Shown piece by piece: positions 44,392 to 58,990 of a DNA stretch of 64,000 nt; within the stretch, counting starts at the first letter, position 1; the number at the start of each line of letters is the position of its first letter. A model generated the notes under the pieces. That model was not told the DNA's origin and searched no databases. It saw only the letters and a program-made list of their open reading frames with translations. The position numbers and the translations under genes are program-made. Location: positions 333,250,001 to 333,314,000 of the forward strand of contig OZ024742.1 in NCBI GenBank assembly GCA_964016885.1, in the 5' to 3' direction. The stretch comes from Eledone cirrhosa. Taxonomy: Eukaryota.

Positions 44392-45774
44392 ACCATATAT
44401 ATATATATATTTGCTTAGTCACAACAGCAGCAGTATGAATCATTATCGTAGACAGAAATGGAAGTTGATTACTGCGTGGTGATTGGATGTATATGCATTT
44501 CAATTTCAAGAGGGCATTGTTAACTCTGAAAACTGACACACTTCGTAAATCTGAGCTTAACATGGAATAATATCCTCTTTTCTAGTCCGCTTTTCAAATC
44601 TCCTCAGTCGATCATGGAGCTGTTGAAATTTGCGAATTTTCGGCTAAGTTAAAAACTGTTTAAATATCCCCAGTCGTAGATATTCAAATGAAATATATCA
44701 AGCTTAAATCCTTTATTAAAGATGCTCTTCACATTCTATGACGAACCATTCCTAATTTGTGGGCACTTGAAATTTGTTACGATTTGTTGGTAAATGTCAT
44801 CTCTCAAACCGCAAATCAGAACTGACGTAAGATTCAACAACAAGAACAATGTTTACAACAATAAATGAAACATAGTATTTAACACAACTATATATATGAA
44901 CCGCAACTACTCTCATCTACTTTTAATTAATTGTATTTGAGCCCAGCAATTCGCTCCGTTCATATATTCTACTTCAAATGATAGAAGAAGAATTCTATGA
45001 AAAATTCGCTCTAAAGGAAAATACTTCACCTCTAACATACGTTTCACTCACCCCATTTAACCCACTAAGCATGTCAAATGACACTAGTTTGTACTTCTAT
45101 GGATGACATTGGCAATTTCATAGGAACAATATGGTGCAGCAACTACAGCAGCAAGAAGGCTGGATCAAAAACCAATTCTACGCATTCGCCCTCTCTGCTA
45201 GAAATAACATCAACATCACACTCAAACACCCTTCACATTTAAAAGTTTGTATACATTGGATTTTTATTTCAAAATATTCCATAAAATAGAAGGGTCCATG
45301 CTTAAACGAGGGTTTCACAAGCTAGAATGTATCTTTCATTCAAGCTGCTGGAAATATTAACCACAGAACCCTCAAATCATACACTAATAACTGATAAAAC
45401 ATTTACGGATACATTATATTATGTAATTCTAGAAAAAATTTAAAATCAATACTGTCCTGGTCAAAAAGATCGTATTCATACAAATGCTCCATCGGGCTGA
45501 CTGAGTACGTGTTGTGTGTCTGTATATGTTGCTTTAAAATTAAGGGTTTTCAGGCTATTGAAACTGACTTTACCTCACATTTGGCTAAAAATACCTCTAA
45601 ATATATATCCATGAACAAGTAACTTTTCACGGAGCCGTATTTGAGCCGCTGTCTATGCCATTCCAGGTCCGATCACAGCTGATTTTATCCAAATAGAAAT
45701 AGAAGAAGAGATGAGAGAGATGAGAGAGAAACTGATAAATAGGAACAATCGTTCTCTGTCTTTGATTGCTACTT

Positions 45775-45900
45775 AATCTATCCTCTTCAAGCAGATGAAA
45801 GGCATAGTTGACCTTGAAGGTAATTCAGCTCACAGCACAGAGAGATGGAACGAATAAGGCAAACATTCTACCCGACGTTCTTCCGATTCTGTCACTTTAG
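45775..45900 (-). mobile_element. Diverged family A-related SINE
   Basis: gatgaaaggcatagttgacctt...cccgacgttcttccgattctgtca. Confidence 0.55.
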
Positions 45901-47880
45901 CATCTCTAGGTAGTGGTCCTCTAAACAGATATATGTATAGAAACATAAACTACGGAAGTGTTTCCTAGTCGAGTAAAACTTGCTGGTATGAAGTTTGGTC
46001 AGTAACAGACACAATCCTCAACGTCCTTCATATGCTCAAGCGGAATATCGATGATACGATACTTGAAATTAGATATTGCTATAGAAGCATTTACACTCAG
46101 AGCTTCTCAATAATAAGTTCAATCTCACTGACAGGCATCATGGCCTCGAGTCATTTACCATTGCCAAGAATCGTCCTAAGGGTTTGCGTGGGATGAGTGC
46201 ACCGTAATTACATACCCAAGACACCTTATATTTAATTAAAGATTTCCTACGGCACAATCACAAATTAAGGTGTGAGGCAAGCATGAACATGAATTATAAA
46301 AGACATTCTTCACTAAAGGCCAGATTCTCGATATTCACTGAATCTGGCCTTCTACGTTATACGCTTCTGTCCTAGGCGGAAGACTAGGTAAGGTGTTTTG
46401 TAAAAGACCCGCAATTGTCTAATGCATGGTAGCTTCCCCTCTCGGATAATTTTGAAGGGAAAAGCAAATTCCAGTGCAGCTTGAACTCAGTGTCGTTTCA
46501 CCTCATTCACCTCTTGAGCCCTTTGGAACAAATTATGTTGCTCAAGAACACAATATCCCACCCGAACCGTATTCATGTTTTAATAATCGTGAGACCAGGA
46601 ATCTGTGCATTTTGTCATTATCCTTGTAAAGGTACTTTCAGCCTTTAGCTCAATTCTAATGTTATATTAATGAACTTCTAAAGTTCACCCTAAATCCTTT
46701 CTCTGTGTGTGTGGTGTCCAATTTACAAAACCGAATACCATGCCAAAAACTTGAATACTCATTAAATATATGTACTTTAGAGTAATTTTGTTCTTAGGGT
46801 TGTTGCAATATACAACCTGAATTCATCGCTATGTAGATACTTTTTTATGGCATCCCATACCACATGGAGTTGTAATTACACTCGGTTAACATTTTGATTA
46901 AAAGTGTTAGTTCACGACCGAACATTTTAAAGATAAGGAATCACTTGGAATGTTCTTCATCTGAAAGCGATAGTAATATTTTTGTGTAAATTATTTTGTT
47001 TGCATATATAGAATGTTCGCCCATTTCCTCTTGGCATAGTTTATAATGATGATTTATATTAAGGCTGTTGAATTTATCTTCAGTATTGGAAATGTTGGTT
47101 TATGTAGTTAAAGAAATATGCAGAACGAAATTTGGAGTAATCAAGTCTTTGATATTACAAGCCATTTGGACAGCGCAACAACATTCTAATTTCAAATATA
47201 TGTTAGGAAAGAAGATACCCTAATATGTTTAAAAAACACACCCAAACTAATAGGAATTTCAAAGTTTTCTATAGTAATACAAATAATTTTATAACTATAC
47301 ACAATTTTCAACACTTTTGACTTTTTCAATGATATTATATGCAACATGAAATGAAGACTAACTAGGAAATAGTTTATTTTATTCTATATTGCTATTGTTA
47401 ATTTTCAGCCATTGTTGTAGTCGTTAGTCTACCATTTCTTACGTGTTTGGTCTATCATTTCATATGAGAAAACTGAATATTACTGATTATACTCATACGA
47501 GTAGATATACATAAATATATAACAAGGAGAATGTTGACGTTGGCAATACTTACCAAATAAATATTGTCTATGTAATTATTCGCGAACAGTTTTATAGTGA
47601 TTTTACCTCGAAAATTGGCAAATCATTTAGCTGAATACGAAGGTGAAAAATGTTCGTGTCGCCTTGTGGTGGCATACTATAATTTCCTCGTTAGTGTGAT
47701 TACAAGAAAGAAAATAGAACATTCTTCGTAGAGAAATTTCCCACCCGGTTGTCTCCCGAGTGAAAATAAAGATTTTTACATCAACACCAAGGCTAGTTAT
47801 TTGCCAAATACAATTCTAAATTTTACCATTTATCAGGTAGTGAAATATTCGAACAAATCAAATAACATATAATGCATTTA

Positions 47881-47920
<40 letters not shown>

Positions 47921-47971
47921 AAAAAGTATGACCCCGACGGCAGAGCTCAAGCCGTTTCGACGGCTATTTCT

Positions 47972-48182
47972 GGTGACTTCAAGACCCGGCTCTACCAACA
48001 CCGACATATTTCCGAAACCCGGTCCGGCGACATGCCACTACACTTTCGGACCACATCTGGGACCTCCAAGATAATAATATAACCTACAATCTCACTTGGA
48101 GCTTACTGTCCAAACTAACTATTACACGGGAGGACGCCGTCCGTGTAACTTATGCTCGGAGGAAACATTACAAATGCTTTTC
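47972..48182 (+). pseudogene. C-terminal half of a PLE GIY-YIG endonuclease, two frameshifts (Nematis-like by inference)
   Basis: GDFKTRLYQHRH / FRNPVRRHATTLSDHIWDLQDNNITYNLTWSLLSK / TNYYTGGRRPCNLCSEETLQM. Confidence 0.75.
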
Positions 48183-48784
48183 TTTTCTTTTCCTCTTTGT
48201 CTTCCACTTCCCACGGTCTCATCCTATCACTTCCTTCCACCCCCTATTTTCTTCCTCGTCTGCTTTTTCCCCTTCGCCTACCCCGATGCAGCCCATCGGG
48301 CCTCTCTAGCATCAGTTCCACCACCCCTGTAATTTTAAGATAGAATTGACGGAATACGTTTTACTAACTACTTATAGCAGACGTGTTAAACCCCTTTAAT
48401 TCTGTATCAGTTCTGGTACTACTCAATTTCTACAAGTTTTTTTTCTATTCTCAACTTATTAACCTGTTATTGTATGATAGCATTGTATTTTTTTTATTCA
48501 TTTCTCACTATCTAATATATATTTTTATTTATTTCTATTATCTTTTATTCTCTCCTACTCTCATTCGATTTACCTATTCCATAACCTCCCTCCTCCACTT
48601 CATACCTCATCCTTAGAATCTGCTGTATACATATCTCTTTCAACGTTTGACCGCTCCACTCCGTCCCCTATTGTTCTACAGGCAAGTTCAGCCACCCCTA
48701 CCTCCCACCAAATGCCATGATAGACTTATTTGTGTTTACAACAAATTTTAACCAATCCTCTTAACAACTACAATCTTCCCATAT

Positions 48785-48903
48785 AAGGAAGTACCCCCTT
48801 GAAAAGTTCGGCTATTTATTCACCGTGCTAAAATTTCTAATTTAGTCTAGAAATAGCCGTCGAAACCGCTTGAGCTCTGCCGTCGGGGTCATACTTTTTC
48901 CTA
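48785..48903 (+). ncRNA. Hammerhead with U3-A8 core and a long stem II
   Basis: ccccc-TTGAAAA-gtt cggctattt...aaatagccg tc-GAAAC cgc ttgagctct gcc GTC-ggggt. The inverted copy gives stem III as ACGGC/GCCGT. Confidence 0.72.
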
Positions 48904-48980
48904 TTTCCCACTCTACTACCCTAAGTATTGAGTACTCTGGTGCGTTATGGTCCATCTGGTTCCTTACCACAATTCCTATG

Positions 48981-49072
<92 letters not shown>

Positions 49073-49710
49073 ATATGTATGCGTGTGTGTGTATTTACAT
49101 CTCTCTCTCTATGTATATTAATAATAATAATAATAATAAACGAGAAAGAGTTTCATTTGTACATCCTATTTATTTTGTTATACGTATTTCAGATTGTATA
49201 ACAACTGGCCTGCGTGTTCTCTTCAAACAACCATCCAAACAAGATGTAAATATCCATTGATATGTTACCGGTCAAACGAGCAGTAAACCTGCAGGGGTTA
49301 GATATTCCAATTTGCGTTGATGCTTTTGAACTTGTTAGGGTATCAAGTTACCAGATTGATCGCTTGATTTATAGTGAGGCATGTATGGACTGTTAGTCTA
49401 GTTTTCCTTTTTTTATTATACTCCTTTTCTTGGTCAAAACTCGCACATGCTTTTCCATATATAAATATCTAGAGGGTGTGACCTCTGTACTACAGAGATT
49501 CTACTCATCATAAATACATAAAATACCGACATAAAATTATTAATAAACGCTCTGAATTTTTTTATTCTTGTTTACACAAAATTTATAAGACATAGGGAGG
49601 TACAAATGACCGATTTCTTGTTTATTATTAGAATGGATAAAAATCGTGGAGTGCTTTACAACTGTTAAGAAAAATTCGGCAGATTTTCAATCAACCAACT
49701 TTATTCAATT

Positions 49711-49798
<88 letters not shown>

Positions 49799-50409
49799 TT
49801 ACATACATATATACATACATATATACATGCATATATACATGCATATATACATGCATATATACACCTTAGTAAGATTTCTACGCAATCTGAAGCGGAGGTT
49901 AGAGAAAATAGACAATAAATATGATTTGAGGTTCATACAGGCAGGCAATTCGTTGATTTCATATAGTGACAGAGGTAGAATACAAAATTAAGGTCAATTT
50001 ACCCTCTTATTCTTTGACATCTTCATGTTTTCATTTCATATACATATTAGTGTGTGTGTTTAACACTTCATTAATATCACCATTGTTAAAGTCTGTATTT
50101 GCTATTTTTCTTATCAAATTTATTCTGAAAAGTTGATTATCAGAATATTTTATTTTTCCAAATTTATTACAATTATTATACCACAAGAGCAAATAAAAAA
50201 TCAATATAACTTATAAGCTCGTAAATGTTTGCTCTATTAATATTTTCGAATATTAACCATTTTTTACCACATTTATAATGTAGGAACTGCTTATAATTTT
50301 CAAATCATTTTAAAAATAATTAGGAATTTTGCGTGAAGTATGAATATGAGTAAATTTGTCGTTATTAAACTGGTGTTCCGAGAATTCCTGAATAACGGAT
50401 CCTCTGTAA

Positions 50410-50890
50410 AGAAGTAGAGTTAGAGAATGCGAAACAGAAGGCTGCATTTTCAGAGCTAAGGAACATACTCTAACATATGAGGGAACCAAAGCTGTTCGAT
50501 GGCCTTATGTAGCAGAGGCACAGCGAGGTAACAACACCACAATTCGGTCTTTGACGGACAGGGATGGACGTGAGCCGAAGGATTCCAGGCAGATGTTTGA
50601 GGCCTTTTGCCAGCACTTTGCTCGGATGTTCGGAGAAGTGGCGGTTTGGAGACGGTGCCGGACTTTGTTCCCTACCTGGACGGCCTACTCTGTCTCTCGA
50701 CGGCCGATGGTAAGGGCCTCAAAAAGCCGATAACCATCCAAAATTAGGGATGCGTCAGTCGGCTGCACGCGGTTCGGATGGTCTGCCCTACGAGCTTTAT
50801 GTAGATATACCAGACTTGTTCACCAATCTCCTCGAAGTGCTCTACACCAACTTGCAACAAAACGGCAGTACTGCCAGTTCTGTGATGCAG
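50410..50890 (+). pseudogene. Tx1/L1 ORF2 remnant (region just before the RT)
   Basis: TDRDGREPKDSRQMFEAFCQHFARMF; GSDGLPYELYVDIPDLF (cf. PGxDGLPxEFY). Confidence 0.7.
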
Positions 50891-50892
50891 TG

Positions 50893-51900
50893 CTACTGTC
50901 GGTGGGGCTGCCGGTGTCGGTGTTGTGGAGCGTTCTCTCCTGGCACTATCGTTGACAGCAATGAAGGTTTACGGAGCCTTGCATTTTTGAGCTGAGGGCA
51001 GAAGGCTGACAGATGTGTTACATCACCGCAGCGGAAGCAGTGTGGCCTTCTGCCCTTAGTAATCAATGGCATCGTCACACCCCGTCTTGAACGCACATGT
51101 GGTCCGTGATGGTATTAAGCTGTTCTAGTTTTATTTGGAGAAGAATCTCCAAATCCATCGCGGAGCAGTCCTCTCTGTGAGTCTTTTTCATGCCTATGAG
51201 TCTACTGTTGGTATCATCGTCGACGAAGCATCCTGTTGGCCACGATAGGTGTAGTCATGGTGAGATTATGGGAATGCGGATCTTTACAGTTATTTTGCCC
51301 ATGTGGGAAGCGTACATTGCATTGTAGTCCGTTCTACAGTGTGCCACCGAGCGTTTGATAGCAAGAGCCTTTGATTTAAGCAGCAACTGTACGGCCCTTG
51401 CTTTGTGTTCTATGTCATCCTTGATGATATCGCTTTGTTTGCGAGTTCCGCTTTGCGGGTCTGCACCGAAATACATCGGAAATACAAAATCCTCATTTGG
51501 GTTGCTGCTAACACTTCGTCCGTGATGGTTAAGTTGGCTCAAAATATTTCACACTTAATTAGCTTCCATGGATGGGCCAAATGTTGGTCCCTGTCCGTAT
51601 TATCTTATTCGTCAATTTTTTTTTGTTTTTGCAGCCGCAGCTGCGAATGTGCTGTTGTTGTTCATGTTGTTGTTGCTCTTTTCGTAGTTGCTCTTTTCAC
51701 TATTACAGTTGGTGTTGTTGTTCTTGGTGTATTCGTTGTTGGAGTTGGTGTTGTTGATTTCAATTAGATTGGAGTTGTATTTGTTTCGTTTGTTTTATTG
51801 TTATTGATGTTGCTGTTCTTGTTCATGTTGTTTGTGGTGGTTTGCTAATTTCGTTCATTTTTTGCATCTTGTATTTGTAATTGTATTTGATTTTGGTTTG
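50893..51900 (-). pseudogene. Tx1-type ORF1 remnant with a CCHC zinc knuckle
   Basis: GRRPHCFRCGDVTHLSAFCP (CX2CX4HX4C), with ORF1-like fragments and a (CAA)n tract upstream. Confidence 0.7.
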
Positions 51901-51989
51901 TCCATAATTGTGTTTTTGTCCCTCCTCTCAACTTTCAAGTCGCTGTCACAGACTTAGTATTAGTGAAAGAGAGTGGTGCCTCGTCCAAT

Positions 51990-52086
<97 letters not shown>

Positions 52087-52317
52087 AGGGGCGGGGGTGT
52101 TTAAGGCAAAAGTAAAGAGTTCAAATATATGGGCTGAAAAGGCCCAAATATTATAAAGTTTTCCTTTACAAGGGCAAAGACGGAAGTCTTAAGACCCATT
52201 CACAACAAGAAGTTGCAAATACAACTTGAAAAACACAACTGAAATTCAACAACGCACTGAGCTTCCAAAAACATGTCTCTTCTTGCCGATGATTTATATT
52301 AATGATAATAATAATGA

Positions 52318-52446
52318 TTTCTACTATAGGCACAAGCCCAGTACTTTTGGGAGAGGGGCGAAAGTCGAGTAATTCGACCCCAGTTCATTAGTAGTGCGTT
52401 ATTTTATCGACCCCGTAAGGATGAAAGGCAAAGTTAAACTCAGCCG
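52318..52446 (-). mobile_element. Family A-related SINE, partial
   Basis: ttattttatcgaccccgtaaggatgaaaggcaaagttaa. Confidence 0.8.
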
Positions 52447-52637
52447 GAAATATCTGCGGTCTGTTGCTTGCTTGCAGAGATTCAATATAATGGAAAACGA
52501 TGTCATAGGTTTGGCGGAAATAACAAAGGAGTAATTATGATTAATTAAATTTCAAAAATATTTGTTTTATTCAGGACACATTAGGTTGGGTGAAGAGCAT
52601 GGTAAGATACACACATACACATACACACATACCCACC

Positions 52638-52718
<81 letters not shown>

Positions 52719-53266
52719 GTATAGATATATACATACATATATATATATATATATAGTTGAGTGTGTGTGTGTATTTGCATACATATTTTCATATATATAT
52801 ATATATATATATATATGTAAATATATACATATGTTTATTCATACGCACCCTGATTTACACACCAGGCACACACATACACCTCTAAATTGTCTCCCAGGTA
52901 GAAAATATAAATATTATAGTATAATGAATTAAATTAACCAATATGTAAATAAACACATCTAACAAATGTTCCAAACAGGCTCTAATAAAAAAAATATAGA
53001 GAATTTTCGTTTCAAAATTTGCTATTCAGAAACTTGCAAGTTTTCACCATTCATAAATACATTGATTGCATGTATTCACAAATGTCAGATAACTTAATTT
53101 GAACTGCATTCAAATACTCACCTGTATTAACATAGGTATAGGTGAGCATATCCATCAACCTATCTATCTATCTAACTCTCTCTCTCTGTATATATATTTA
53201 TATATATATATATATATAGACACACACACATACATATATATAGACACACACGCACATATAATTATG

Positions 53267-53301
<35 letters not shown>

Positions 53302-54379
53302 TTGTATATAAATGTGGCCTGCGTGTGTTTGTGTGTAATTTGATTCAGGTTAGTTTGAGTACACGCACACACGAAGACACGCGAGTCCACCTGTTAGTGC
53401 GTACACTAATGTTTAATTTAAATTCGAGAAGCAATATTTTAATCGTTCAATCAGTAACGTGTGTCAATCATAGCCGTTTGATTACGAAGTTCACTCTTCA
53501 CACTCTTTGTTATAACATTCATTGCCCGACAGGGCATCATTGAAAGATGTATTTTCCTATATGTGACGGTTTATTGAAATGTTTTAAGCAAAATCTTTGT
53601 AACTAAAATCTATGCTGAAACCTGTAAGATGCTTTTTTTTCAGTTTTCAGTATTATAAAACAGACGGCACCAGGTTTAAGACTATAAGGGTTTGTATTAA
53701 GGTTCATGCAGCCTCCTTGTTTTCTGACACCAGAAGGATGAGTTTATGAACCTTAAAAAGTCATTATATTGTGTAAACTTGTATAATTAACTTCTGAAAA
53801 TAATGGGTATAACACTAACGATTTTTCACGTGTAGTAGCATAGAGAAAATATTGAAAACATACCCAAGGGGCGTATTGTTTTATGAAAAGTCATATGTGT
53901 TAGCGTGCCTGAATGTTGACTGCATAGAGAAATATGTAGGATTTGAGATTTTCCTAACATGGGCATAGCAAGAACTCTCAAAGTCTTGTTTATTTAGCTT
54001 TTTTGAAAGTCTTAGATTTGGAAGAATGGGACGCATAACAATGAGAAGAGGGCACACATTATAGTTTTAGCTGCATATCTGGAGGTATCAACACAGTTAC
54101 AATCATTCACACGATTTCTTATACTTATGGATGAGTTGCAAAGCCCTGAAAAACGGTGATTCGTGCAGAATTTCCTCCTCAAGTCAAACCATATGAAATA
54201 ACCACCTATTATTTATCTATGGAGTATCCAGCATTGCCTGGGTAGGTAAAATAATATCTGCTTTGATGAAAAGGTGTTGATCTTAGCGACTGCGAGTGTC
54301 TTGAAAATTCGTCGTAAGGTGTAACAAATGGCGAAATGTTGAGTGAAATCGTATGGAACATATGGGAGGTAGAAACAAT

Positions 54380-55255
54380 CGGATTTTGAAGAGTTAATCG
54401 GCTGCCACACCGTGCCTGAACAAAGAATTCAAAGTGTAAAGCTACTATAAGATGTGCAATGATAGGTTCTATGGTACTATAAAAGTTGAACCAAATAAAT
54501 TGATTTATGTGTGAGGTGGAGCCGAAGTTTCGAATTTGAACGAAATCGGTTTAAAAATGTGGGAGCTAATGATAGGTTCTATCGAAGAATAAAAGTTGAA
54601 TCAAATAAATTTATTTTTGTGTGAGGAGCGGGGGTTTCGAATTTGAACGAAATTGGTTGAAAAATGTGGGAGCTAGAGCCGGAAAGGCGGAAATTTGAGC
54701 GCAAAGGTGGTATTTTCGAATATTTAAGCGGCTGCCACGCCGTTCCTGAACAGAAAATCGAAAATGTAAAGCCACTTTATAACGGGGAATAATCAGCTCT
54801 AGCGTAGTGTAACATTTGAACAAAGTAGGATGATTAATGTGGGCGCTAGAGCCGTAATGGTGGAAATTTGAGTCTAAAAGTGGTATTTTTGAATATTTAA
54901 GTGGTTTCCCCGCCGTCCCTGAACAACAAATGCAAAATAGAAAGGCATTACAGGATGTGCAATGATAAATTCTATTTTGCTTTAAAATTGGAACGAGACC
55001 GGTGACAAAATGTGGGAGCTAGAGCCAATAATCTTATATTTCGATACCTAAAAAAAGGTGACCCCCTATCGATTTTTTTCTGCAGAATGACTCCGGAATA
55101 AAAACAACGATACGCTGATATATAGAAAACACTCACAGATGACTAATCTATTAGCCTGTAAAGGTTCATGAAAATCGGTCATAAGATGTAGGCCCCTATA
55201 GGTAATACACAGACACACAGACACACATACTTAATTTTATATATGTATATATATA
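54380..55255 (+). mobile_element. Non-autonomous Helitron/Helentron-like element with internal subrepeats
   Basis: ggctgccac.ccgt.cctgaaca occurs three times and aatgtgggagcta several times. The end ttcatgaaaatcggt...acacagacacacagacac...ttttatatat resembles HINE/Lep1-type ends. Confidence 0.5.
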
Positions 55256-55685
55256 TATATATACGATAGTATTTATACTAAAATGTTATATAACAGAAAA
55301 TTTTGCGAGTACACATTATCCATTATAGAGAACAGTAATCAGATAAATACAAAATGTATAAAATATAAATAAATATTAAAAAATAAATATATAAATGAAT
55401 AAGTGGAATCACTGAAAAGCATAATTTTGCTTTCAATCAAAGACTATAAAATATAATATTAATGAAAGCAACGATTTGAATAACGGAAAGTAACGCAATT
55501 AGAAACGGACTATATATTTTACTGCATTCGATTCTATCAAAAGGACGAAGAAAAAGAGTAAAGAAAACGCAATTTTATTGCAATGCTCTGCAGACGATAG
55601 TTTCATGTGTGAGTTTCCTGCAAAGTTCATAACAATCTGAACTAGAAATATCTGCTGACTTTCTTTCAAAAAGTTAGAGATAAGA

Positions 55686-55722
55686 GAAGAAGAAGAAGAA
55701 GAAGAAGAAGAAGAAGAAGAAG

Positions 55723-55752
<30 letters not shown>
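55686..55752. repeat. (GAA)n microsatellite
   Basis: Direct reading. Confidence 0.95.
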
Positions 55753-55753
<1 letters not shown>

Positions 55754-57932
55754 GGGGGGGGGACCAGTTTTTAGTATTTTATATACTGACGACGGAAGGA
55801 TGAAAGAAACATTTAATTTAGGCAGAATTTAAATTAAGAAGGCAGTGCACTGGGTCACATATAGGGACCAGAATGCAGAGGGCCCGAAGATGAACAAATA
55901 GCAAACAGTAAACAAATAGCAAACATTGAGAGACAGATTGAGACCGCCAGTGTCCTCGACCCCGGCACTGTCAATCTCTTCTACCAAACAGAATATTGAA
56001 AGTGAAGAAGAAACCCCATGGAGTGGAATGTCTAATGTTTCGTATAACGCAGCGACATTTGCCTGCTACACGGATGAGTTATACTGTTAAAGATGTTGAG
56101 ATTTCCATGCATAATCTTTGACTTAGTTCTAGTTATATAGAAGTCATTTTTTAAATTATAATACTGTATTAGAAATAACATCGAGTTACTAATTGCTACT
56201 AGTAAGGAGAAGCCATGTACAAAAACGTGTTTTGAAAATATCGAATAATACTTTATTTATACCGCCAAGTTAGGTGAGGTCGTCTTTAATCTGACAGAAC
56301 ACTAAATGTAAAATAATCATTGGATTAGACACAATCGACGATGCAGAGGTTGCTGATGCCCAGGGAAGGTTCTAGATGGTTACTCAATGTGATAATATTA
56401 ATCAAATTGATTGCAAATTATACTCCATCGTCTTTAAAGTGCTGAGAATTATATCTACATTATGCAGTGTAGTATTAGCTGCGGAATGCCTATAAAGTAA
56501 ACCGGAGTAAACAACAGAGATAATATTTTTAACCATGAGTTTAATAAGTAAGGGCTCAGCTAGGTCTAAACATTGTTGGCATTGGTCATTATTGACCCAA
56601 ACTAACTAGATATATGATAAAATGCGCATTTGTCGTGGTGAATCCTTAACTATTATATTTAGAACATAACGGAATTTGCGTGAATGTGAATTAGTGTTCT
56701 AGCTATTCGGCTTACGATTGCAGAGTCACGAGTTCGATTGGTGCTGTCGACATTTGTCCGTCAGCAGGGCACTTTATTTCCCATTACAACTGTACACTCG
56801 GTTGGAAAAATTGATTTTTTCTTGGAATTCAAACGGACAGTTTTTACATGCGATATGCCACGTTAAATTCCCTCGAGAACTACGTTACGCAGTTACATTG
56901 TTCGAATAACTGGAAAACTTATCGTCTGGCTCTATTAATATTCAAAGCATATAGGTAGGTGTGTTTTCAAGGAAGTTACAATGTTTTGGGGAATTTAGCT
57001 GCTGTTTTTAGTAGGAAGAATGAGCTATACAGGTACATTATTTCGACACGACAACGAAGAATTTATTGATAGAAGCTTTCATAAAGCTGGCTATTAAAAA
57101 AACGGCAATTATTGCAGCTCTAATGAAATATGATTAAAGAAACACATTTATTGAAACTGAATTCTATAATACTAATAAATAATTTAGAAGTTCGTAGAGA
57201 ATACGTCAAACAAGAAGAAACATTGATTGACCACTCACGTGAATGATGTGATAAATTCTATTTATAGAAATTTGTTTTCCTACAAATATTTTGCAAGAAT
57301 CTTTACTTTCGAGTTTTACGAGGCGAATTGTAAGAATTGCAATTATGGTGACAAATATTTCAGAAGAATTTTATTTGTGAAGGATTTTATAAATGAAAAA
57401 TGGTAATGGAATCATACACGAGAATAGACGTGAATATCTATTGATGTCCAAGAAAATATAATAACAATTATATTAATGTAACATCATTTGTTTGGGTAGA
57501 ACAACTGATAAGAATATATCAAGTATAACTAAACTATTAGCTGGACTGTATGGGGATTATGATCTGTTACAAAATAAACAGTGAAACAGCCAGAGTGGAC
57601 AGCTAAACATTATAAAATTGATATAAAATACTATAGGTTCCTGAAATAAATTTCATTTTATGAATAGAATACACATTTTTGCAATTCAGCATTTTGGAAT
57701 GGGATATACATCACCATTCCTTTCCGTACCTGAAGTTGTTTATATTTCTTTACATCTCTGATACTCAGAGTAAACCAAGGATACTGTCTTTCTACCTGAG
57801 TGGACTAGAGAAAGAACAAATAAATTTCTTTCTCAAAGACACTTGCCGCCAGGAACTGAAGTGAAGGCTTTAATGAACCAAACACCCATACTATTAATCT
57901 ACGTACCTTCACAAAGTATGCATGTATGTATG

Positions 57933-58810
57933 TCGAGTCACTCTTGAGTGCTACTGGTAACATGTAACCCAGTACAACCTGTCACATGGTCGGCTCATCG
58001 GCGACTAAACCGACAACCCCATCAAGTTTACTTGGTGTGGAGGGTGATTTTAGACACCCTGCAGAACAAAAGCAAAACCTGACAAAGGGCGGAAGAACTC
58101 ATAATGGTCGACGGCCATCCAAAAGTGTGTAAATATGTATATACAAATGTACAGATGTATGTATATGTGCATATACATGGGTGCATGTGTATGTACATGC
58201 GCGGGGACATAGAAATAGTCGGGCTGGACACCCGATCGCGCGGTTAAACCACTGGGAGTGTAGGACCCCTAACCTTTCTCAGGGCATTCTTCTAGGAGAA
58301 GGCAACTCAGCAAACTGGGATAACTCCAATATAAAAGCTGCGGCTCAGTAGTTACCGATGATGTTGATCTTTCCTTCTTTTCGGGTTAAAACTACTGTCG
58401 CCCAAAGAGCGGGTTTCGCTCAGTGCACAGTCTTTCTTCACTTTAAAAAAATCTTCACGCACAGGCATTGCACGATATAATTAATTAATAATTATTAATA
58501 ATGGTATATCGTGCAATGGCCATACTCGATAACGAGGGGGCAGCCATCATGTATGCATGTATGTATGTATGTATGTTTGAATACATGTATGTATGTATGT
58601 TATGTTAGGTCGTTCTTCAACGCTACTAGTTACAAGTAGCCCAGTACAACATGTGTATGTTCGGGTCGTCAGTGACTAAACCAGCAACCCCATGAAGGTT
58701 GCTTGTTAAGGAGGGTGAATTTGGACATCCTGCGGGATGAAAAACAAAACCTACCAAATCTTACCTCACTTCAAAAAGAAACTTCAAGCACAGGCATCGC
58801 TTGATATATG
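57933..58810 (+). mobile_element. Cluster of RTE-associated short elements (57933-58120, 58203-58550, 58605-58810) separated by (ATGT)n
   Basis: The 58203 copy ends in tggccatactcgataacgagggggcagccatc(atgt)n, identical to the RTE LINE tail at 60410-60441. Confidence 0.75.
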
Positions 58811-58990
58811 ACATTATTTACAATGCATGACATTGCTGGCCATAGGCAAACCCTTAGCAGGACTGAGAGGCCACGTCCGCTCATGCTTAAGTATGAAGCG
58901 AAGGCATTACACGAAATCGAATTGTAGCTATCATCATCGTGTATGTATGTATGTATGTATGTATGTATGTATGTATGTATGTATGTATGT

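Larger units (their letters stand above)
47916..48982 (+). mobile_element. Family B 5'-truncated PLE with an inverted 5' arm (47916-47971 / 48849-48904)
   Basis: (TA)n flanks, inverted arm, endonuclease remnant, UTR, HHR and a 78-nt tail. Confidence 0.85.

Noticed and set aside
44430-47870. Host gene exons in the long unique stretch
   Set aside because: No substantial ORF or recognisable protein motif. Small exons cannot be excluded by eye.
54380-55030. CRISPR-like repeat-spacer array
   Set aside because: The repeats are degenerate and irregular, the spacers are themselves repeated, the context is eukaryotic, and there are no cas genes.
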